Assembly (NCBI RefSeq): GCF_001577305.1
Contig: NZ_CP014518.1
Location: forward strand, 135,365-159,364
DNA length: 24,000 nt
Source of the DNA: Sinomonas atrocyanea
GTDB lineage: Bacteria > Actinomycetota > Actinomycetes > Actinomycetales > Micrococcaceae
Reading direction: 5' to 3'
Shown here: positions 1-8,304 of the stretch, piece after piece
Numbering within the stretch: the first letter of the stretch is position 1
Layout of the letters: each line of letters opens with the position of its first letter
The notes under the pieces: model-generated
Database searches by the model: none
Seen by the model: only the letters and a program-made list of their open reading frames with translations
What the model was told of the DNA's origin: nothing
Position numbers and translations under genes: made by a program

Positions 1-64
1 CCCAACGAGTCATCGACCTGGCCTTTCATTCGGCCGCGACACCTCAGCGATAGAGAGAGCAGTC

Positions 65-1132
65 ATGGGAACCACCACTCACCAGGCATCCTTCGGGGAG
101 CCCTCGGCATCCCGCGGGGACACGCAGGTCCAGAACACGGCGTCGCCCGCGACGCGCACCGCCAGGACCTCTCCCGCCGGCGTCCGATCAGGGGCCGCCC
201 GCGCCCTCCGGGCCCTCCCGGGCCCGCTGCTCGGGCTCGTCGCCGTCATGATCGTGTTCTCGATCCTCTCGCCCTACTTCCTCACGTGGCGCAACCTGTC
301 CAACATCATCAGCCAGAACGCCGACCTCGGCATCATGGCGGTCGGGGCCGCGCTGGTCATCCTCATCGGCGGGATCGACCTCTCCGTGGGCTCCAACCTC
401 GCGCTGTCCCTGATGGTCAGCGCGTGGCTGTTCCGCTCGGGGGGCCTGCCGTTCGGCCTGTGCGTCGTGATCGGGCTCGTGACCGGCGCGGCCGTGGGGC
501 TGGTCAATGGGATCCTCTCCACCTACGGGCGCATCCAGCCCTTCGTCGCGACGCTCGCCACCATGTCCGCCTGCGCGGGCCTGGCGCTCTACGTCACCAA
601 CGGCAACCCCATCAACGACTTCCCGGACTGGTACCTCGCCCTCACCAGCACCCCCGTCCTCGGCATCCCGCTCGAGGGGCTCATCATGGTCGCGATCTTC
701 GTGCTCGCCGCCTTCTGGCTCCGCTTCCGCCCCACCGGGCGGGCGCTGTACGCCATCGGAGGCAACGCCGAGGTGGCGCGCCTGTCGGGCCTGAACGTGA
801 CCAGGATCAAGATCGGCGTGTACATGATCGCCGGCCTCCTGGCCGCGGTGGCGGGCGTGATCGTCGGATCCCGGCTCGACTCCGCGCAGCCGACGGCGGG
901 CACGGCCGACCTCCTCAACGTCATCGCCGTGGTCGTGATCGGCGGAGCGAGCCTCTCCGGCGGCTCGGGCGGAATGCTCAACACCTTCATCGGCCTGCTC
1001 ATCATCGGGGTCCTCAACAACGGGATGTCGCTGCTCAATGTCTCCCCGAACCTCCAGCCCGTGGTCATCGGGGTCGCCATCATCGTCGCCGTCCTGACCG
1101 ACCGCGCCAGCCGAAGCCGCCAGGGCTCATGA
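65..1132 (+). CDS. ABC transporter permease, CUT2 (ribose/monosaccharide) type
   Basis: 355-aa ORF with many hydrophobic spans. RbsC/AraH-like motifs are present (GGIDLSVGS; RPTGRALYAIGGNAEVARLSGLNV; VVIGGASLSGGSGG). An ORF open from the window edge stops at 51-53, just upstream, so this is probably an internal gene of an operon that starts left of the window. Confidence 0.9.
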   Translation: MGTTTHQASFGEPSASRGDTQVQNTASPATRTARTSPAGVRSGAARALRALPGPLLGLVAVMIVFSILSPYFLTWRNLSNIISQNADLGIMAVGAALVILIGGIDLSVGSNLALSLMVSAWLFRSGGLPFGLCVVIGLVTGAAVGLVNGILSTYGRIQPFVATLATMSACAGLALYVTNGNPINDFPDWYLALTSTPVLGIPLEGLIMVAIFVLAAFWLRFRPTGRALYAIGGNAEVARLSGLNVTRIKIGVYMIAGLLAAVAGVIVGSRLDSAQPTAGTADLLNVIAVVVIGGASLSGGSGGMLNTFIGLLIIGVLNNGMSLLNVSPNLQPVVIGVAIIVAVLTDRASRSRQGS

Positions 1133-1162
1133 CGCCGGGCCGCGCGCAGAAGAGGAATCTCC

Positions 1163-2641
1163 ATGTCCACTGAGACGTACATCGTCGAACCGATCGCCGA
1201 GATGCTCGACGAGGCCGATCCGGGGCGGACGCTCGCCCCCTGCGGCATCGACCAGCTCATCATCGGCCCTGACGCGCTGAGCGCCGTGCCGGCCACCCTG
1301 GGCGAGCTCCTGGCCTCCGCGGCGGCGCCGCGGGACGGGGCTGCCCGGGCGCGCGTGGCGCTCCTCGTCGACAGGACCCCGATCCTGCGCGGCGAGCAGA
1401 ACGTCAAGGACGCCGTCGAGGCGCAGCTCGCCGACCAGTTCGACGTCACCCGCACGGTGCTCGACGACGGGCACCCTGAACTCCACGTGGTGGACCCGAT
1501 CCTCGACGAGGCGGCCGAGGCGGCCGCGGGCAAGGCCGCGGTGGTGGCCATCGGCGGGGGCACCATCAGCGACATCGCCAAGGTCGCCGTCCAGCGGGCA
1601 GGGGAGGCCGGAGAGCGGCCGGTCCTGCTCACGGTGCAGACTGCCGCCTCCGTGGACGGCTTCACGGACGACGTCTCCGTGGTCCTCCGCAACGGCGTCA
1701 AGCGCACGGTGCCCTCGGCATGGCCGGACGCGGTGGTCTCGGACACGCTCACCATCGCCGGCGCACCGGAGGCCATGAACCGCGCTGGCTTCGGCGAGAT
1801 GACCTCGATGCTCGTGGCGCCCGCGGACTGGCGCCTCGCCTCCCTCGTGGGGACCGACCCGACGTTCAAGCCCAGCGCGGTGACGCTGCTCGCCTCCGTC
1901 GGCAAGGACCTCGAGAGCTGGAGCGCGGGAGTGCGCGAAGCCCGCTCCGATGCGGTGGCCTCCCTGGCGCGCGCACTCGCCCTGCGCGGCATCGTCACCG
2001 GGGTGGCAGGGACCACGGCCGTGCTCTCCGGCGTCGAACACCTCATCAGCCACATGCTCGACCAGTACCGCGGCGGCCACGGGCTGCCGATCGGCCTCCA
2101 CGGCGCCCAGGTCGGGGCCGGCGCGGTCATCGCCGCGACCGCCTGGGAGATGCTCTTCGAGCGCCTGGAGCGTGCCTCGGACCGGCCGAGGATCGCCACG
2201 AAGGCGCTGGACCGGGGCCGCAGCCGGGAGCGTGTGCTGTCCGCCTTCGAACGGGTCGATCCTAGCCTGCAGGTCGCCGAGGAATGCTGGAAGGACTTCT
2301 CGGCCAAGCTCGACGCCGTGGAGCGGAACCTCCCTCGCATCACTGCTCTGCTGGGCGACTGGGCCGAGGCCCGGGACGAGCTCCGCGGCCTCGTCCGCCC
2401 CGCGGACGCCATCGCCTCGGCCCTCACCGAAGCGGGCGCACCTGCCGCCCTCTCCGATCTCGAACCGGCGGTGGAGCCCGAACTGGGCCGCTGGGCCGTC
2501 GAGAACTGCGCGCTGATGCGCAACCGGTTCACGGTCGTGGACCTGCTCACGCTCCTCGGATGGTGGGAGCCGCAGGATGTGGACGAGGTGCTGGAGCGGG
2601 CCGCGCGCGCCGGCGCGAAGGCGGAAGCAGGAGGGAAGTGA
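1163..2641 (+). CDS. sn-glycerol-1-phosphate dehydrogenase-like oxidoreductase (AraM/EgsA family, iron-ADH/DHQS-like superfamily)
   Basis: 492-aa ORF. Family motifs: glycine-rich nucleotide loop AIGGGTISDIAK, metal-ligand region QTAASVDGFTDD, SGVEHLISHMLD, C-terminal RNRFTVVDLL. AGAGGAA lies upstream of the ATG, 30 nt after the permease stop. It is longer than typical family members, so substrate assignment is uncertain. Confidence 0.75.
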   Translation: MSTETYIVEPIAEMLDEADPGRTLAPCGIDQLIIGPDALSAVPATLGELLASAAAPRDGAARARVALLVDRTPILRGEQNVKDAVEAQLADQFDVTRTVLDDGHPELHVVDPILDEAAEAAAGKAAVVAIGGGTISDIAKVAVQRAGEAGERPVLLTVQTAASVDGFTDDVSVVLRNGVKRTVPSAWPDAVVSDTLTIAGAPEAMNRAGFGEMTSMLVAPADWRLASLVGTDPTFKPSAVTLLASVGKDLESWSAGVREARSDAVASLARALALRGIVTGVAGTTAVLSGVEHLISHMLDQYRGGHGLPIGLHGAQVGAGAVIAATAWEMLFERLERASDRPRIATKALDRGRSRERVLSAFERVDPSLQVAEECWKDFSAKLDAVERNLPRITALLGDWAEARDELRGLVRPADAIASALTEAGAPAALSDLEPAVEPELGRWAVENCALMRNRFTVVDLLTLLGWWEPQDVDEVLERAARAGAKAEAGGK

Positions 2642-2645
2642 CACC

Positions 2646-4160
2646 ATGCAGCGGGACTACGTGATCGGCGTCGACTGTTCGACCACCGCCGCCAAGGCGG
2701 TCGTGTGGAACTCCCGCGGCGACGCCCTCGCCCAGGCGCGCTGCGCCTTCGGCCTGAGCCAGCCCCATCCGGGGTGGGGCGAGCAGAATGCAGAGGACTG
2801 GTGGGCGGCCTCGGTCGAGGCGATCCGGCGGGCCTCCCAGGCCGTCGACGTCTCGCGCATCGGCGCCGTGTGCATCACCCACCAGCGCGAGAGCTTCGTC
2901 TGCCTGGACGCCGAGGGCCTCCCCCTCAGGCCCGCGATGCTGTGGCTGGATACCCGGGCCACCAAGGAGGTCTCCGCGTTCGGGACGGAGGAGGTCCACC
3001 GGCTCACCGGCAAGCCCGCCAATCCGACGCCGGCCTGGTACAAGCTGCACTGGCTGGCCGCCAACGAGCCCGACACCGTCGCCCGGATCGGGAAGGTGGT
3101 CGACGTCCACGGCTTCCTCGTCCACCGCTTCACCGGGCAGTGGCTCACCTCCTGGGCCTCCGCCGACCCGCTCGGCCTCGTCGACATGACGACCTTCGAC
3201 TACGACCAGTCCCTCCTGGACGCCGTGGGCCTCGAGCGCGGCCAGCTCAGCGAGCTGCGCGCCCCGGGGAGCGTGCTGGGTCGTCTGACGGACGACGCCG
3301 CGCGGCAGCTCGGTCTTCCCCGCGACGTTGTCGTCGTGGCCGGCGCGGGGGACGGCCAGTGCGCCCAGCTCGGGTCCGGGGCCACGGTGGGCGGGCGGGC
3401 ATACCTCAACCTCGGCAGCGGCATCGTCTCCGGCACGTTCTCCGAGCACTACTCCTACGCCCAGGAATACCGGACGCTCTCGGCGGCCCAGCCGGGCGCG
3501 TACACGCTCGAGACCTTCATCGGCGGCGGCACCATCAACCTGACCTGGTTCGTCGAGAAGTTCTCCGGGATCACGCAGGGCGCGCTCGGCCTCGACCTCA
3601 CTCCCGAGCAGATCCTCGAGACCGCTGCGGCGAAGCTGCCCCCGGGCGCCGAGGGCCTGCTGGCGCTCCCGTACTGGACCGGGGCGCTCACGCCCTACTG
3701 GGACCACCACGCCCGGGGAGTCCTGGTCGGGCTGACCGGCATCCACGGCAAGGCCCACGTCTACCGCGCCCTCCTCGAGGGGCTCGCCTTCGAGCAGCGC
3801 CTCCTGACCACGGGGGCCGAGCAGGCCCTCGCGGAGCCGGTCGCCGAGATCATCGCCCTGGGCGGCGGGTCGCGGAGCCCGGTGTGGTGCCAGATCATCG
3901 CCGACGTCATGCAGCGCAGCGTCTCGGTGGTCCGGGAGCCGGAGAGCACCTGCCTGGGTGCGGGGATGCTGGCGGCCTCGGCCGTGGGCCTCCACGAGTC
4001 CGTCGCGGCCGCGGCCAAGGCCATGAGCGGGCTCGGTGTCTCCTATGAGCCGCGGCCGCAGCAGGCCGCGGTCTACGACCGCCTCTACGACGTCTACCGG
4101 GACATCTACCCGTCCAACCGGGCACTGTTCGCCCGCCTGGCAGAGGCGGTGCGGCCATGA
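2646..4160 (+). CDS. FGGY-family carbohydrate kinase (xylulokinase-like)
   Basis: The track ORF is 2577-4160. I place the start at ATG 2646 (MQRDYVIGVDCSTTAAKAVVW), preceded by GGAGGGAAG and 4 nt after the upstream stop. FGGY hallmarks: GVDCSTTAAK, ITHQRESFVCLD, VVAGAGDGQCAQLG, GGGSRSPVWCQIIADV. Confidence 0.85.
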   Translation: MQRDYVIGVDCSTTAAKAVVWNSRGDALAQARCAFGLSQPHPGWGEQNAEDWWAASVEAIRRASQAVDVSRIGAVCITHQRESFVCLDAEGLPLRPAMLWLDTRATKEVSAFGTEEVHRLTGKPANPTPAWYKLHWLAANEPDTVARIGKVVDVHGFLVHRFTGQWLTSWASADPLGLVDMTTFDYDQSLLDAVGLERGQLSELRAPGSVLGRLTDDAARQLGLPRDVVVVAGAGDGQCAQLGSGATVGGRAYLNLGSGIVSGTFSEHYSYAQEYRTLSAAQPGAYTLETFIGGGTINLTWFVEKFSGITQGALGLDLTPEQILETAAAKLPPGAEGLLALPYWTGALTPYWDHHARGVLVGLTGIHGKAHVYRALLEGLAFEQRLLTTGAEQALAEPVAEIIALGGGSRSPVWCQIIADVMQRSVSVVREPESTCLGAGMLAASAVGLHESVAAAAKAMSGLGVSYEPRPQQAAVYDRLYDVYRDIYPSNRALFARLAEAVRP

Positions 4161-5008
4161 GGGCGCCGGCTCCCGGGGCGCCGGGGGTGCCCGAGGCCAC
4201 GGACGTGAAGGCCTACGAGGGCTACCTCTTCGACCTCGACGGCACGATCTACCTCGGAGACGAGCTCCTGCCCGGAGCCGAGGACCTCATCCGGGGGCTG
4301 CGCAGCTCCGGCCGGGAGACCCTCTTCCTGTCGAACAATCCCACCAAGGACCCCCAGATGTACGCCGACAAGCTGACCAGGCTCGGCCTGGCCACGTCGC
4401 CGGAGCGGATCGTGAACCCCTTGGTCACGATCGTCGCGTGGCTGCGTCGGGAGGCGCCGGGCGCGGCGGTCTTCGTCATCGGCGAGGACCCCCTCGTGCG
4501 GGCCATCAGCGCGGCGGGCTTCCGCCTGACCGAGGACCCCCGGGAGATCGATGTGGTCGTGGCCAGCTACGACCGCGGCTTCGACTACCGCAAGCTGCAG
4601 ATCGCGTTCGATGCGCTGTGGCAGTACCGGCGGGCGCGGCTGGTCGCGACGAATCCCGACGCCTACTGCCCCATGCCGCAGGGCCGGGGCGAACCGGACG
4701 CCGCGGCGGTGATCGCCGCCATCGAGGCGAGCACGGGAGCCAAGTGCGAGGCGAACGTGGGCAAGCCCGCGGCCGTCATGCTCACGACGGCGCTCGAGGT
4801 GCTGGGTCTGCCCGGGGCGCAGTGCCTCATGGTGGGCGACCGGCTGCACACCGACATCGCCATGGCTGCCTCGGCCGGCATCGACTCCGCACTCGTCCTG
4901 ACGGGCGAGAGCACCGAGGAGATGGCGCGCCAGCTTCCGCGGGACCGCCAGCCCACCTACATTCTGCCGCGGATCGACGCGCTTCTGGCCCCGTTCGCCG
5001 GGGCCTAG
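4157..5008 (+). CDS. HAD-IIA family sugar-phosphate phosphatase (NagD/AraL-like)
   Basis: 283 aa. All four HAD motifs are present: LFDLDGTIY, FLSNNPTK, NVGKPAAV, VGDRLHTDI. ATGA start/stop overlap with the kinase (4157-4160). Confidence 0.85.
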   Translation: MRAPAPGAPGVPEATDVKAYEGYLFDLDGTIYLGDELLPGAEDLIRGLRSSGRETLFLSNNPTKDPQMYADKLTRLGLATSPERIVNPLVTIVAWLRREAPGAAVFVIGEDPLVRAISAAGFRLTEDPREIDVVVASYDRGFDYRKLQIAFDALWQYRRARLVATNPDAYCPMPQGRGEPDAAAVIAAIEASTGAKCEANVGKPAAVMLTTALEVLGLPGAQCLMVGDRLHTDIAMAASAGIDSALVLTGESTEEMARQLPRDRQPTYILPRIDALLAPFAGA

Positions 5009-5026
5009 GAAACCGGGTTGAAGAAG

Positions 5027-5087
5027 CCCTTGCTCCATGGCCGCACCCATCGGTAGAATTTCAATTCAGATCAGGAATATTTACTCA
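5027..5087 (+). promoter_or_regulatory. Predicted promoter plus two operator-like quasi-palindromes for the E1-lipoyl-aldolase-E2 operon
   Basis: This is the only AT-rich stretch in the 88-nt gap after the HAD gene. Elements: CCCTTGCTCC (-35 TTGCTC at 5030-5035), an 18-nt spacer, and TAGAAT (5054-5059). GAAT-TTCA-ATTC at 5056-5067 overlaps the -10. GAAT-ATTT-ACTC lies at 5075-5086, exactly 19 nt downstream. The same motif pair occurs at three other promoters in the window. Confidence 0.5.
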
Positions 5088-5096
5088 AAGCGAGGA

Positions 5097-6086
5097 ATGA
5101 TGGATCTCTCCCCAACCACCCAGCTGGAGATGCAGCGGCGCATGCTGCGGATCCGCCGCTTCGATGAGCGGGCCTCGCGCATGGTCAAGCGCGGGCAGAT
5201 CCCGGGAACCGTGCACACGAGCATCGGCCAGGAGGCCCAGGTCGTGGGCGCCTGCATGGCGCTCGGCGACGGCGACTACATGTCCGGGAACCACCGCAGC
5301 CACGGGCACCCCATCGGCAAGGGCTCGCCGCTGGGCCCGCTGATGGCCGAGCTCGTGGGCAAGGCCACCGGAGTGTGCCAGGGCAAGGGCGGGTCCCTGC
5401 ACCTTGCGGACTTCGCCGTCGGCAGCCTGGGGGAGTCGGGCATCGTCGGCTCCTCGATCCCGATCGCCACCGGTGCGGCCCTGTCGAGCAAGGTGCTCGG
5501 CAACGGCAAGGTCTCCCTGGCGTTCTTCGGGGACGGCGCCGCCAACCAGGGCTGCCTGTACGAGGCGATGAACCTCGCCGGCGTCTGGAAGCTGCCCGTC
5601 GTCTTCCTCTGCGAGAACAACCAGTACGCGCTCTCGACCCCCGCCCACACGGTCACCTCCGGCGTGATCGCCGAGCGTGCCGCCGGATTCGGCATGCCCG
5701 GCGTGCGCGTCGAGGACGGCCAGGACGTCCTCGCGGTCCACGAGGCCGTGGTCGAGGCGGTCGAGCGCGCCCGCCGCGGAGAGGGCCCGTCCCTCGTGGA
5801 GGTGGTGACCTACCGCTTCAACGAGCATTCCGAGGGCCTGCGCCTCGGCACCGACTACCGCGACGCGAGCGAGAAGGCGGCCTGGGTCGAGCGCGACCCG
5901 ATCGTCCTGTTCCGCCAGCGGCTCGAACGTGAAGGGGTGGCCTCCGCCGAGGAGCTGGACGCCCTCGAGGCCGAGGTCATGGCCGAGGTCGACGAGGCGG
6001 TGCGCTTCACCGACGAGAGCCCCTACCCGGACCCCAGCGTCGCCTTCAAAGACCTCTACACCGAACCGATCGGAGCGATCGCATGA
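5097..6086 (+). CDS. Thiamine-diphosphate-dependent dehydrogenase E1 alpha subunit (acetoin/pyruvate dehydrogenase E1 family, AcoA-like)
   Basis: The track ORF starts at 5037. I prefer ATG 5097 (or 5100), preceded by GCGAGGA, because 5037-5096 is promoter-like AT-rich sequence. Family motifs: HTSIGQEA, NHRSHGHPIGKG, TPP-binding FFGDGAANQG...CENNQYA. Confidence 0.9.
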   Translation: MMDLSPTTQLEMQRRMLRIRRFDERASRMVKRGQIPGTVHTSIGQEAQVVGACMALGDGDYMSGNHRSHGHPIGKGSPLGPLMAELVGKATGVCQGKGGSLHLADFAVGSLGESGIVGSSIPIATGAALSSKVLGNGKVSLAFFGDGAANQGCLYEAMNLAGVWKLPVVFLCENNQYALSTPAHTVTSGVIAERAAGFGMPGVRVEDGQDVLAVHEAVVEAVERARRGEGPSLVEVVTYRFNEHSEGLRLGTDYRDASEKAAWVERDPIVLFRQRLEREGVASAEELDALEAEVMAEVDEAVRFTDESPYPDPSVAFKDLYTEPIGAIA

Positions 6087-7129
6087 CTGTCATGAGCTAC
6101 CTCGGCGCCATCGGTGCCGCCCAGCGCGAGGCCATGGAGGCCGACGAGCGGGTGGTCATCATCGGCGAGGACGTCGAGGCCAACGTCTACGGCACCACGG
6201 GCGCCGGCAAGTCCCGCAAGGACAAGGGCGACTTCCTGGAGATGTTCGGGTCCAACCGGATCCGCAACACCCCGATCTCCGAGGAGGTCATCGTCGGTTC
6301 GGCCATCGGCGCCGCGATGACGGGCCTGCGCCCTATCGTCGACCTCTCGTACTCGAGCTTCCTGTACATGGCCATGGACCAGTTCGTGAACCAGGCGGCC
6401 AAGAACCGGTACATGTTCGGCGGCCAGGCCTCCATCCCCGTGGTCTTCCGCTCGGCGATGTTCTACGGGCTCAACACCGGAGCGCACCACTCGGACCGCC
6501 CGTACCCGATGTTCATGAACGTCCCCGGCCTGAAGATCATCGTCCCCGCCACCCCGTACGACGCCAAGGGGCTCCTGCGCACTGCGGTCGACACCGACGA
6601 CCCGGTGCTGACCTTCGAGGCCTGCATGCTCTGGGGCAGCAAGGGCGAGGTGCCCGAGGAGGAGTTCTGGATCCCCTTCGGCCAGGCCCGGGTGGCGCGC
6701 CAGGGCAGCGATGTCACGGTGGTCGCGATCTCCAGCGCCGTGCCCGAGGCCCTCGCGGCCGCAGAGGTCCTGGGAGAGGACGGCCTCTCCGTCGAGGTGA
6801 TCGACCCGCGCACCCTCGTGCCGTTCGACACCGAGGCGGTGATCCGGTCCGTGCAGCGCACCGGCCGGCTCGTGATCGCCGATCCCGCGCACCGCACGTG
6901 CTCCGCGGCGGCGGAGATCTCGGCGATCGTCGCGGAGGAGGCCTTCGAGTCGCTCAAGGCGCCGATCATGCGCGTCACGACGCCGGACACCCAGATCCCG
7001 TTCAGCCCGGCGCTCGAGAAGCAGCTGTACCCGAACCGGGCCAAGATCGAGGACGCCATCCGACGGGTCACCGGCCTGATGGCGAACACCTCCAACCCAG
7101 AACTGACGTCGCCCGCGCCGCGGATGTGA
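6083..7129 (+). CDS. E1 beta subunit (transketolase-like pyrimidine-binding and C-terminal domains, AcoB-like)
   Basis: 348 aa. Motifs: VIIGEDV, RNTPISEEVIVGSAIGAAMTGLRPI, KIIVPATPYDAKGLL. ATGA overlap with E1 alpha (6083-6086). Confidence 0.9.
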   Translation: MTVMSYLGAIGAAQREAMEADERVVIIGEDVEANVYGTTGAGKSRKDKGDFLEMFGSNRIRNTPISEEVIVGSAIGAAMTGLRPIVDLSYSSFLYMAMDQFVNQAAKNRYMFGGQASIPVVFRSAMFYGLNTGAHHSDRPYPMFMNVPGLKIIVPATPYDAKGLLRTAVDTDDPVLTFEACMLWGSKGEVPEEEFWIPFGQARVARQGSDVTVVAISSAVPEALAAAEVLGEDGLSVEVIDPRTLVPFDTEAVIRSVQRTGRLVIADPAHRTCSAAAEISAIVAEEAFESLKAPIMRVTTPDTQIPFSPALEKQLYPNRAKIEDAIRRVTGLMANTSNPELTSPAPRM

Positions 7130-7164
7130 CGGTCCTACAGAACACCGATTGAAGGAGAGAAGAC

Positions 7165-7407
7165 ATGGCTAGAGTCGAGGTCCTGCTGCCGCAGTGGGGT
7201 ATGGGCATGAGCGAGGGCACCGTTGCCACGTGGCTCAAGAACGTCGGGGACAGCGTCGCCGAAGACGAGCCGCTCGCCGAGGTCGAGGCGGAGAAGGTCG
7301 AGGAGACCCTCGAGTCGCCGGCCTCCGGCGTCCTGGCCGAGATCGTCGTCCCCGAGGGCGAGACGGTCGAGGTCCGCGCCGTGCTGGCCTACATCGAGAC
7401 GGCCTGA
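7165..7407 (+). CDS. Stand-alone lipoyl-attachment domain protein (E2 N-terminal lipoyl domain only)
   Basis: 80 aa. E2-type signature LPQWGMGMSEGTVATWLKNVGDSV...LAEVEAEKVEETLESPASGVLAEIVV. The predicted lipoyl-lysine is K44 (codon 7294-7296). Strong RBS GAAGGAGAG. The ORF stops immediately after the domain (IETA*). Confidence 0.8.
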   Translation: MARVEVLLPQWGMGMSEGTVATWLKNVGDSVAEDEPLAEVEAEKVEETLESPASGVLAEIVVPEGETVEVRAVLAYIETA

Positions 7408-7437
7408 CCGGGGCCGGGAGCAGGAAGGGACAGGACC

Positions 7438-8304
7438 ATGCCACAGGTTGACCCCCGCCAGATTGTCGACGAGGCCACCAGCGGCGGCTACGCCGTCGGA
7501 GCGTTCAACATGCACAACGAGGAGACCACCGAGGCCCTCGTCAGGGCCGCCGAGCGCGCCCAGTCTCCGGTCTTCCTCCAGGTCGGACGGGCGATCGTCC
7601 CGCACATGGGCCTCAAGAAGGCCTACGAGATGACGCGGCGGATCGCCGAGGAGTCGGACGCGGAGTACGTCATCCACCTGGACCACGGCCCGTGGGACGA
7701 GGTCTTCGAGGCGATCAAGCTCGGCTTCACGTCCATCATGTACGACGGCGCGCACCTTCCGTTCGAGGAGAACATCCGCACCACCCGCCGGGTGGTCGAG
7801 GTGGCCCACGCATTCGGCATCCCGGTGGAGGCCGAGCTGGGCAAGATCCCCAACGCCGACGAGCAGGTCGACTGGTCCTCGTACTACACCGACGTGGCCG
7901 AGGCCGAGCGGTTCGTTTCCGAGACGGGAGTGGACTTCCTCGCGATCTCCGTGGGCATCGTCCACGGCGTGCCCCTCGCCAAGCCGCAGCCGCTCGACAT
8001 CCAGCGCGTCAAGCAGATCGAGGCCGCGGTCGGCATCCCCCTGGTCCTGCACGGCGCCTCCGGGGTGCCCGACAACGAGATCCTCGCGGCGATGGCCGCC
8101 GGCGTGCACAAGTTCAACGCCGACACGGACCTCCGCCTCGCCTTCCGCTCGGGCATCGAGGATGTCTGGGCCCAGGGCGACCGCCAGCTCGAGGAGGCCA
8201 TGGCCGAAGGCCGCGAGCGCATGATCGAGGCAACCGTCCAGAAGATGAAGCTCTACGGCTGTGCCGGCAAGGCCCAGCATCGCCGGCAGCTGGTCCAGCA
8301 GTGA
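7438..8304 (+). CDS. Class II (metal-dependent) fructose/tagatose-bisphosphate aldolase family protein
   Basis: 288 aa. Motifs: YAVGAFNMHN, VIHLDHG, GFTSIMYDGA, VEAELG, LAISVGIVHG, LVLHGASG. RBS AGGAAGGGA. Confidence 0.9.
   Translation: MPQVDPRQIVDEATSGGYAVGAFNMHNEETTEALVRAAERAQSPVFLQVGRAIVPHMGLKKAYEMTRRIAEESDAEYVIHLDHGPWDEVFEAIKLGFTSIMYDGAHLPFEENIRTTRRVVEVAHAFGIPVEAELGKIPNADEQVDWSSYYTDVAEAERFVSETGVDFLAISVGIVHGVPLAKPQPLDIQRVKQIEAAVGIPLVLHGASGVPDNEILAAMAAGVHKFNADTDLRLAFRSGIEDVWAQGDRQLEEAMAEGRERMIEATVQKMKLYGCAGKAQHRRQLVQQ

Noticed and set aside
1-53. Open frame from the window edge ending at TAG 51-53 (…QRVIDLAFHSAATPQR*), possibly the 3' end of an ABC ATPase or permease
   Set aside because: Only 17 codons are visible. 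That is too short to assign or to report as a feature. It is noted only as a hint that the operon starts upstream.
589-2647. Long minus-strand ORFs (589-2550, 653 aa; 1127-2647, 506 aa) antisense to the permease and G1PDH-like genes
   Set aside because: The translations are Arg/Ala/Ser/Pro/Gly-rich and low-complexity, with no recognisable motifs. They lie opposite genes with clear family signatures. These are typical high-GC shadow ORFs.
2547-5050. Minus-strand ORFs 2547-3995 and 4106-5050, and plus-strand off-frame ORFs 2705-4048 and 4036-5100
   Set aside because: Same reasoning. They overlap the well-supported FGGY kinase and HAD-IIA genes and have Arg/Pro/Gly-dominated composition without motifs.
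5009-5096. Possible TPP riboswitch or other leader RNA upstream of the TPP-dependent E1 alpha gene
   Set aside because: The predicted leader after the TAGAAT -10 is only about 30 nt and AT-rich. That is far too short for a THI-box fold. The region is better explained as promoter plus operators.
7165-7407. Reading the 80-aa protein as a biotin carboxyl-carrier domain because of the EAEKV motif (close to EAMKM)
   Set aside because: The N-terminal LPQWGMGMSEGTVATWLKNVGD signature and the operon context (E1 alpha/beta, E2 core) are those of E2 lipoyl domains. No carboxylase or carboxyltransferase genes are nearby.
7692-8300. The N-terminal 203 codons of track ORF 7692-8969, which would make a 425-aa E2
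   Set aside because: This part is the +1 frame of the aldolase gene (Arg/Gly/Pro-rich, no lipoyl or PSBD similarity). Real homology to E2 begins only after GTG 8301.
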